From assembly GCA_000008085.1 (NCBI GenBank), contig AE017199.1:210001-242000 (forward strand): DNA of 32,000 nt. The letters are read 5' to 3'. Of this stretch, positions 9,770-15,744 are shown one piece after another. Each line of letters starts with the position of its first letter. Within the stretch, counting starts at the first letter, position 1. Source of the DNA: Nanoarchaeum equitans Kin4-M (lineage in GTDB: Archaea > Nanobdellota > Nanobdellia > Nanobdellales > Nanoarchaeaceae). Position numbers and translations under genes: made by a program. A model generated the notes under the pieces. The model did not search any database. It saw only the letters and a list, made by a program, of their open reading frames with translations, and was not told where the DNA came from.

Positions 9770-10471
9770 ATGCGTTTTGATGGGAGAGACTATAATGAAA
9801 TAAGAGATACTGAAATGAAAATAGGAGTAATCTCTAAAGCGGATGGTAGCGCATATTGTAGGACTGGCAATACTATTGCTATCGCAGCAGTATATTTAAA
9901 ACCTGGTAGAGAACAATCCAATTTAAAAGTAAGCTATAGGATGCTTCCTTTCGCTGGAGAAGAAAGGAAAGGCCTAGGTTTAACAAGAAGAGAAATAGAA
10001 CTTAGCTATATAATAGCTAAAGCTTTAGAGCCAGCAATTATATTTGAAGAAATACCCTATTTAACAATCGAAGCTTCTGTAGAAATAATTAAAGCTGATG
10101 CCGGAACAAGAGTAGCAGCGATAAATGCTTTGTCCTTAGCTTTAGCCCATGCAGGAATTCCTATGAAAGCTTTGGTTGGAGCCATAGCAGTAGGAAAGGT
10201 TGGAGAAAAAATAGTATTAGATTTGAACAAACAAGAAGAAGACTATGATTCTGAAATAATAAAAAAGGAATTGCCCCAATATTACGAATACTATGGAGAA
10301 GGAAAAGCTGTCGATATACCTATGGCAATGTATAAGAACAAAATTACATTATTGCAATTGGATGGTTCTATAGATAGAAAATCCTTATTAGAAGCAATCA
10401 AATTAGGCAAGGATGGTATAAAGAGAATGATTGATTTACAAAAAATAGCTATAGAGGATTATTATTTTTAA
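9770..10471 (+). CDS. rrp41: Exosome RNase PH-type subunit (Rrp41-like)
   Basis: [21 protein letters not shown] and the phosphate-binding-type [24 protein letters not shown]. 233 aa. No Rrp4/Rrp42 neighbours. Confidence 0.75.
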   Translation: MRFDGRDYNEIRDTEMKIGVISKADGSAYCRTGNTIAIAAVYLKPGREQSNLKVSYRMLPFAGEERKGLGLTRREIELSYIIAKALEPAIIFEEIPYLTIEASVEIIKADAGTRVAAINALSLALAHAGIPMKALVGAIAVGKVGEKIVLDLNKQEEDYDSEIIKKELPQYYEYYGEGKAVDIPMAMYKNKITLLQLDGSIDRKSLLEAIKLGKDGIKRMIDLQKIAIEDYYF

Positions 10472-10472
10472 T
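10465..10472 (+). promoter_or_regulatory. TATA-like box (TTTTTAAT) upstream of tRNA-Arg
   Basis: Lies about 26 nt before tRNA position 1 (10492). Overlaps the rrp41-like stop codon. Confidence 0.4.
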
Positions 10473-10491
10473 GCCTATATATTAAAATTTT

Positions 10492-10565
10492 GGGCCCGTA
10501 GCTTAGCTAGGTAAAGCGCCGGGTTGCGGACCCGGAGATCGCGGGTTCGAATCCCGCCGGGCCCG
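10492..10565 (+). tRNA. tRNA-Arg (anticodon GCG)
   Basis: Manual cloverleaf: acceptor GGGCCCG/CGGGCCC, D arm GCTT-AGCTAGGTA-AAGC, anticodon arm CCGGG-TTGCGGA-CCCGG, variable AGATC, T arm GCGGG-TTCGAAT-CCCGC, discriminator G. 74 nt GC-rich island. No encoded CCA. Confidence 0.9.
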
Positions 10566-10567
10566 GA

Positions 10568-11221
10568 TTATTTTTCCTCTATTTCAAGAAGCTTCTTTAA
10601 TACATCAAACATCTTCTTCTTTATATCAGGTTGTTGCTGTTGTTGTTGACTTGTATCGGGAACAGGCCTTGTAGCTAAGTATAACAAACCGACCATTATT
10701 CCAATTGGTAATATTACTGCTAAGAAAGCCAATATATTTTCGTCAATTTTAAATTCGGTCGGTCCTTTCTGCATTGTTGGGAAATTAATCCATGCGATGT
10801 ATATTAGAATTATAAAGGAAATAATTCCAATGAAAGCCGGCATTTTTATTTCTTCTTTGCGTACTATGCTACTAATTACCAAGAAAGAGAAAAACATAGC
10901 CAACAAAATATAAAAGCTTAATCCGAAAACATTTAGAAAAGACATAACCACATTAAAGCTTTCAGGACTTCTTAAATGGTATAAGATAAAGAAAGCAAAA
11001 ACGAAAGATACTAAACCAGCGTATTTTCTTGCTAATTTTTCTTTGTCTTTACCCAATAACGCTCGCATCGTAATGCTTAAAAAGAAAAATGTTACAGCAA
11101 ACACTGCCATAAAGGTAACTATAAAATGTAAAGTATGTGTTTCCTCCAAAACATTATACATATGTTTAAAATTGAGATATTTTATTATGAATTCAATTAG
11201 TTTATTCTCAGATTCGGCCAT
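10568..11221 (-). CDS. Multi-pass membrane protein, paralog A of a 3-member family in this window; contains a Q6 tract
   Basis: Hydrophobic helices. The C-terminal block FKIDENILAFLAVILPIGIMVGLLYLATR matches 24/29 positions in the adjacent ORF 11225..11737. The stop codon lies 2 nt after the tRNA-Arg 3' end. Confidence 0.6.
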   Translation of the reverse strand: MAESENKLIEFIIKYLNFKHMYNVLEETHTLHFIVTFMAVFAVTFFFLSITMRALLGKDKEKLARKYAGLVSFVFAFFILYHLRSPESFNVVMSFLNVFGLSFYILLAMFFSFLVISSIVRKEEIKMPAFIGIISFIILIYIAWINFPTMQKGPTEFKIDENILAFLAVILPIGIMVGLLYLATRPVPDTSQQQQQQPDIKKKMFDVLKKLLEIEEK

Positions 11222-11224
11222 AGT

Positions 11225-11737
11225 TTATTTTGTCGCAATATATAATATACCTACCATGACACCTATTGGTAGTAAAACTGCTAGAAATGCTAATATATTT
11301 TCATCTATTTTGAATGATGTTTGTTCCCCTCCCCCAATAAAAAAGATGGCGAAAATAACTAAAGCTATAATAGTGATAAATCCTAGTTTTACCCATTCAA
11401 ATATTTCTTTCCATTTATCGTCTACATCTATTTTTTGCATAGTTTGATAAACTTTCGAAATCTCTAATATAACAATACCGAAGAACAGAACAACTAACAA
11501 ATATATAATTTTGGGTCCGATGTTGAATAACCTTAATACTAAAGATTTGCTAGAAACAAAAATAAAACCAACCGCAAAGGCTATAACTCTTTTTACTTTT
11601 TGTTCTAGACTGGGATAAGTAATATCTAAAAACATATAAGTAATTATAACCGCTAAAATGAAGGGTACAATAACATCAAAAAATCCAATCGTGTCTAACA
11701 ATTTAATAGTATCGAGTGCATCGTATTTTACTGCCAC
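11225..11737 (-). CDS. Multi-pass membrane protein, paralog B (GTG start)
   Basis: Shares the C-terminal FKIDENILAFLAVLLPIGVMVGILYIATK block with paralog A. Shares the N-terminal motif LLDTIGFFDVIVPFIL with ORF 15113..15577 (VLEHTGYYDFIYSFTL). Confidence 0.6.
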   Translation of the reverse strand: MAVKYDALDTIKLLDTIGFFDVIVPFILAVIITYMFLDITYPSLEQKVKRVIAFAVGFIFVSSKSLVLRLFNIGPKIIYLLVVLFFGIVILEISKVYQTMQKIDVDDKWKEIFEWVKLGFITIIALVIFAIFFIGGGEQTSFKIDENILAFLAVLLPIGVMVGILYIATK

Positions 11738-11754
11738 ATCTAGTTTAATTGAAA

Positions 11755-11776
11755 ATATTTAAAAATTTTTAAATAT
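11755..11776. promoter_or_regulatory. Perfect 22-bp palindrome ATATTTAAAAATTTTTAAATAT carrying two divergent TTTAAATA boxes
   Basis: The + strand TTTAAATA (11768-11775) starts 26 nt before G-1 of the tRNA-His half (11794). The - strand TTTAAATA (from 11763) starts 26 nt before the GTG of paralog B (11737). The palindrome centre is equidistant (28.5 nt) from both. Confidence 0.65.
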
Positions 11777-11793
11777 CATTATATATAATCTCT

Positions 11794-11843
11794 GGCCCCC
11801 GTAGCTTAGTGGCAGAGCGCCGGGCTGTGGCCCCCGATGGGGC
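11794..11843 (+). tRNA. tRNA-His (GUG) 5' half gene: positions -1 to 37 plus a 13-nt GC-rich trailer
   Basis: G(-1), acceptor 5' strand GCCCCCG, TA, D arm GCTT-AGTGGCA-GAGC, G26, anticodon stem 5' strand CCGGG, loop C-T-GTG-G. This is followed by CCCCCGATGGGGC and T6 instead of a 3' anticodon stem or T arm. Confidence 0.85.
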
Positions 11844-11849
11844 TTTTTT
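11844..11849 (+). terminator. T6 run ending the tRNA-His half transcript
   Basis: An oligo-T tract immediately after the GC-rich trailer, the usual archaeal termination signal. The same T-run forms part of the valS TATA box. Confidence 0.5.
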
Positions 11850-11854
11850 AAATA
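11847..11854 (+). promoter_or_regulatory. TATA box (TTTAAATA) upstream of valS
   Basis: Starts exactly 26 nt before the valS ATG (11873). Confidence 0.5.
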
Positions 11855-11872
11855 TGGCAAAACCTAAATTAT

Positions 11873-14128
11873 ATGCCGTATAATCCTAAAGAAATAGAAC
11901 AATGGTATAAAGAGAATTACAAATATTTTTTTGGAGAGGGGGACAAAATATTAATTATTGATACTCCCCCACCTTACCCAGCACCATTATGGCATATAGG
12001 AGCGGCTTTAAGTTATGCTTTACAAGATTTTATTGCGAGGGGTTTTAGAAAATTGGGTTATAAAGTAATATTTCCTGAAGGCTTTGATGGGAATGGTATA
12101 CCAATAGAGATGTATTTAGAAAAATACGAAAAAATACCCTTCGGCTCTATAGATAGAGAAGAATATATAAAAAAATGTAGACAAATTCTAGATAGTTGGA
12201 GAGAAAAAATGGACAAAATCCTAAAAGATCTATTATTATCTATGGATTTTGAGCATAGATACAATACAGACGATCCTGAATATAGGGCTCTAACTCAAAA
12301 AACTTTCGCAGAGTTATGGGAGAAAGGTTTAATATATGAAGCGGAATATCCGATAAACTATTGTCCCCATTGTAAAACAGCAATTGCCGATGCAGAGATA
12401 GAAAGAAAAATCAAAAAAACTAAGCTAGTTTATATTAAATTTAAAATAAAAGATAGCGATGATTATATTACTGTAGCAACTACGAGACCCGAATTGCTAG
12501 GAGCATGTAAAGCTATTATTGTACATCCCGATGATGAAAGATACAAAAAATACCATAACAAAATAGCAATTGTTCCTTATTACAATAGAGAGATCCCGAT
12601 TATACCTCATAAAATGGCAGATCCAAATTTTGGAACTGGCGCAGTAATGATTTGTTCCTATGGAGATTGGGTTGATGTCCAAATATTTAGGGAATTGCAA
12701 CTAAAACCAGAAAAAATAATAGACGAAAATGGTAGGCTAACCATAGAGCCTGTTAAGGGGCTTACTACTAAAGAAGGCAGAGAAAAAATGATTGAAGTAT
12801 TAAAACAATTAGGAGTGGTGGAAAAAATAGAGGAAATAGAGCATTCTGTTCCAGTCCATGAAAGGTGTGAAACAGAAATAGAGATTATTCCAATGAAAGA
12901 GTTTTATTTAAAGCAATTGCCATTCAAAGAGGAAATAAAAAAATTATCTAAAGAGATAGAATTTATTCCTGAAAGGTATAGGAAAAACTTAGAGAATTGG
13001 ATAGATTCTATTACAATAGATTGGCCCATCTCTAGAAGAAGATGGTATGCAACAGAAATTCCATTATGGTATTGTCCCAAATGTGGTTATATACATGTAG
13101 CAAAGGATGGTAAATACCATCAACCTTGGAAAGAAGAAATGGTTTGCCCCAGATGTAATACAAAAATGGTCGGAGAAACAAGAGTACTAGATACTTGGAT
13201 GGATTCCTCTATTACAATCTATTATTTAATTAAAAAATATAGCAAAATACTAGGAATTGATGAAGAGGGATTATTTAACAATTACACTTTAAGACCCCAA
13301 GGCTACGAAATAATTAGGACTTGGCTATACTATACTTTATTAAGAGTATACCAACTAACTGGCAAAAAAGCGTTCGATTTTGTTGTAATCAATGGGATGG
13401 GCTTAGATAAACATGGTAGAAAAATGAGTAAAAGATATGGCAATGTCATAGAACCAGAAACATTGTTGGAAAAATATGGAGCAGATACATTAAGATATTG
13501 GTTTGCAATGGAAATCTCTATTGGAGAAGACTATAGAATTAATGAACAAAAGATAGCTGGAATAATGAAGTTTATGAATAAGGTATGGAACATAGCTAAT
13601 TACATATCGCAATACCAATATAGAGAAACCCAAAACTTAAAGCCTACAGATGAATGGATAATAAACTATGTAAAATATTTGGAAAACAAAGCTATAGAAT
13701 ATATAAGAAATTTCGAGTTTAATAAATTGGCAAGAGAGTTGTATAGATTTGTATGGGATGTATTTGCCAACCATTATATAGAGCTAACCAAGAAAAGGGC
13801 CAAAAATAATGACGATAGCGCTATATATGCGTTGTATTTTGTTTTCGAGAGAGTATTAAATATGCTATCTATATTTTCTCCAGGAATAGCTAAATATTTA
13901 GCTAAAAAACTATATAATAAAGATATAGAAAAGGAAAAACTAAAATACTGGGGCAAAGTTAGATTAGATCTATTATACAAAGGAGAAAAATTAATAGAGT
14001 TTAACAATTATGTATGGAAACTAAAGACTTCCCAAGGGAAAAAACTAAAAGACCCAATATCTATAGAAATACCCAAAGAATTAGAGATTTTCAAAGAGGA
14101 TTTGATATTATTGCACAACATACAGTAG
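11873..14128 (+). CDS. valS: Valyl-tRNA synthetase
   Basis: Class I aaRS: IDTPPPYP...WHIG (HIGH-type), KMSKRYGN (KMSKS). TTRPELLGACKAIIVHPDDERY and GTGAVMICSYGD are typical of archaeal ValRS CP1. Zn-knuckle CPHC...CPKC/CPRC. 751 aa, shorter than most ValRS. Confidence 0.75.
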   Translation: MPYNPKEIEQWYKENYKYFFGEGDKILIIDTPPPYPAPLWHIGAALSYALQDFIARGFRKLGYKVIFPEGFDGNGIPIEMYLEKYEKIPFGSIDREEYIKKCRQILDSWREKMDKILKDLLLSMDFEHRYNTDDPEYRALTQKTFAELWEKGLIYEAEYPINYCPHCKTAIADAEIERKIKKTKLVYIKFKIKDSDDYITVATTRPELLGACKAIIVHPDDERYKKYHNKIAIVPYYNREIPIIPHKMADPNFGTGAVMICSYGDWVDVQIFRELQLKPEKIIDENGRLTIEPVKGLTTKEGREKMIEVLKQLGVVEKIEEIEHSVPVHERCETEIEIIPMKEFYLKQLPFKEEIKKLSKEIEFIPERYRKNLENWIDSITIDWPISRRRWYATEIPLWYCPKCGYIHVAKDGKYHQPWKEEMVCPRCNTKMVGETRVLDTWMDSSITIYYLIKKYSKILGIDEEGLFNNYTLRPQGYEIIRTWLYYTLLRVYQLTGKKAFDFVVINGMGLDKHGRKMSKRYGNVIEPETLLEKYGADTLRYWFAMEISIGEDYRINEQKIAGIMKFMNKVWNIANYISQYQYRETQNLKPTDEWIINYVKYLENKAIEYIRNFEFNKLARELYRFVWDVFANHYIELTKKRAKNNDDSAIYALYFVFERVLNMLSIFSPGIAKYLAKKLYNKDIEKEKLKYWGKVRLDLLYKGEKLIEFNNYVWKLKTSQGKKLKDPISIEIPKELEIFKEDLILLHNIQ

Positions 14129-14154
14129 TAACGGTAATTTTTTATCAAAAAATT

Positions 14155-15156
14155 ATGAGATTAATAATGATATTGCTTTTATTATTACCATTAGCTTTGT
14201 CCGCAGTAGTTTATACTAATACCCTTAACACTCCTTACGGGAGTTTAAACTATACTATAGTCAATGGTAGCACAATAGATTTGGATGGTCAATTCGCTGT
14301 GGTAGAAACTATTAATGAACCAACTGGTTTATGGTTTAGACTAAATTGCTCTAATGGCGATACAAATTGTGAAACCGAAGTACAAAAGAAATATAGGCTT
14401 TTACTAAAATTAGATAACAACCCATATAATTTTAGCTTAAACCAAAGCTGTTTAACTCCAATAGTCTTTATAGAGAATACAACATCATATAATAGTAAAG
14501 TTTTTATTACTAAACCAGAGCAAGGAATATATTATGCTATATGCCCCAAAAGATATTTAGATAGAGTTGTTGCCACAAAGAGTTGTGGGTACTATATGCC
14601 ATTATTTACTTTTTGGGACATAACTAATAGCACTCGCATATCATTAGAAAGTGTAATAAACAATAGCTATGAAGAATATCCATTCGTTTTTTGCGTATAC
14701 CCAGCAAAAGACCAACTAATATTTATTCCCACAACAGAAGTAGTTCTTACAACTTTATATCCTTTTGCCGATATAAATATAATACTAAAAAATTTCGATT
14801 CCAAACCCGTAAATGTTACCCTTACATATAATACAGACCAAAACGCTCTAAACGCCTCTTATTTTATATACAACAATACCGCATCTAATATAGTTAATCT
14901 AACTTTACCTGCCGCAGAGGAAGAACCTGGAAAAGTATCCATTATATTTAGGGTATCCTCTATAGAAGCAGTAAATGGCACAATATATTTCAAACTTTAC
15001 AAAGAGAACAACACTTTAGTTGATACTAAAGTATTAAGAGTAAAAGTAATTACTACAGAGGGCAAATACCAAAAAGCTGGTGCAGAAATTAATTTAGGGT
15101 TATTTTTATTTATTATTTACTTGATATCCAGAGCGCTAAGACCAAAAATATTATAA
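14155..15156 (+). CDS. Exported, C-terminally anchored putative glycoprotein (hypothetical)
   Basis: The track ORF begins at 14014 inside valS. The signal peptide MRLIMILLLLLPLALSAV begins at the ATG at 14155; an alternative ATG at 14167 has TTTATCAA 26 nt upstream. About 14 N-x-S/T sequons by manual count, several Cys, and a C-terminal hydrophobic anchor LGLFLFIIYLI. Confidence 0.6.
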   Translation: MRLIMILLLLLPLALSAVVYTNTLNTPYGSLNYTIVNGSTIDLDGQFAVVETINEPTGLWFRLNCSNGDTNCETEVQKKYRLLLKLDNNPYNFSLNQSCLTPIVFIENTTSYNSKVFITKPEQGIYYAICPKRYLDRVVATKSCGYYMPLFTFWDITNSTRISLESVINNSYEEYPFVFCVYPAKDQLIFIPTTEVVLTTLYPFADINIILKNFDSKPVNVTLTYNTDQNALNASYFIYNNTASNIVNLTLPAAEEEPGKVSIIFRVSSIEAVNGTIYFKLYKENNTLVDTKVLRVKVITTEGKYQKAGAEINLGLFLFIIYLISRALRPKIL

Positions 15157-15577
15157 GAACAATAGTAATTGGTATCCCCAGAATAGGAGATAAAAACATA
15201 TACATTATTGCCGATACAATAAAATAGCCAAATAATTTTGGTTTGTTCTTTGGTTCTTCTATTTTTTCCAAATCTTTTTGTGTTAATTTTTCTAAACCTT
15301 TTGGGGTTTGTATTAATGGGGCTTTAAACAAATAGAAACCAATTATTAGGAATACTATATAAAGCAAATTCTTAGCCAAAAAATGCACATCTATATAATA
15401 TAAAGACAATGCTGCAAACATAAAAGAAAACAAAATATTATCTCTTTTTGTTAACAAATTTAAAGTAGAAAGAGCATAATAATAAATCAAAAATAGCAAA
15501 GTAAAAGAATAAATAAAATCATAGTAACCAGTATGCTCTAAGACATTGCGTATTTCTATTAACTCGCTATATGCCAT
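15113..15577 (-). CDS. Multi-pass membrane protein, paralog C of the family at 10568..11737
   Basis: N-terminal motif VLEHTGYYDFIYSFTL is similar to paralog B. 154 aa, about 4 helices. Its 3' end overlaps the glycoprotein gene convergently by 44 nt. Confidence 0.55.
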   Translation of the reverse strand: MAYSELIEIRNVLEHTGYYDFIYSFTLLFLIYYYALSTLNLLTKRDNILFSFMFAALSLYYIDVHFLAKNLLYIVFLIIGFYLFKAPLIQTPKGLEKLTQKDLEKIEEPKNKPKLFGYFIVSAIMYMFLSPILGIPITIVLIIFLVLALWISSK

Positions 15578-15594
15578 AATTCCCTATAGAAAAA

Positions 15595-15606
15595 ACTTTT
15601 AAATAT
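15595..15606. promoter_or_regulatory. Shared bidirectional TATA element (CTTTTAAATATT) between paralog C and the UAU tRNA
   Basis: The + strand TTTAAATA (15598-15605) starts 26 nt before tRNA nt 1 (15624). The - strand TTTAAAAG (from 15603) starts 26 nt before the ATG at 15577. The TTTAAA palindrome is centred in the 46-bp spacer. Confidence 0.6.
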
Positions 15607-15623
15607 TAACTTAATCTGTCACT

Positions 15624-15716
15624 GGGCCCGTGGCTCAGCCTGGGAGAGCGCCGGCCTTATATGGCGGCCTCTCCTAAGAAAGCCGGAGGTCCCGGGTTCG
15701 AATCCCGGCGGGCCCA
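15624..15716 (+). tRNA. Intron-containing tRNA, anticodon UAU (tRNA-Ile-UAU) after splicing
   Basis: Acceptor GGGCCCG/CGGGCCC, D arm GCTC-AGCCTGGGA-GAGC, anticodon stem CCGGC/GCCGG, spliced loop C-U-UAU-A-A, variable AGGTC, T arm CCGGG-TTCGAAT-CCCGG, discriminator A. 93 nt including a 19-nt intron after position 37. Confidence 0.85.
15662..15680 (+). other. tRNA intron (canonical 37/38 position) in a bulge-helix-bulge fold
   Basis: Central 4-bp helix CTTA (15656-59) / TAAG (15675-78), flanked by 3-nt bulges TAT (15660-62) and AAA (15679-81). The outer helix is the anticodon stem. Confidence 0.75.
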
Positions 15717-15717
15717 C

Positions 15718-15725
15718 TTTTAAAT
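15718..15725 (+). promoter_or_regulatory. TATA-like box (TTTAAATC) upstream of rad50, directly abutting the tRNA 3' end
   Basis: Starts 27 nt before the rad50 GTG (15745). The T-run it contains could also terminate the tRNA transcript. Confidence 0.45.
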
Positions 15726-15744
15726 CTCTAAAACCCAAACAAAA

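Noticed and set aside
10631-10648. Trinucleotide repeat (TTG)2-CTG-(TTG)3 encoding Q6 in paralog A
   Set aside because: Only six units and interrupted. That is too short to call a microsatellite or phase-variation site. It is noted only as a low-complexity linker before the charged C-terminal tail.
12530-12537. C-box-like GATGATGA (also ATGATGA at 2620-2626 and AATGATGA at 28593-28600) as possible C/D box sRNAs
   Set aside because: All are inside coding frames. No CTGA D box at the expected ~50-60 nt distance (except a weak one near 2699), no terminal stem and no C'/D' pair, so the evidence is insufficient.
14014-14154. 47-codon N-terminal extension of ORF 14014..15156
   Set aside because: It overlaps the valS 3' end in another frame and is hydrophilic and basic. 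A textbook signal peptide starts at the ATG at 14155 (or 14167), so the extension is treated as non-coding read-in.
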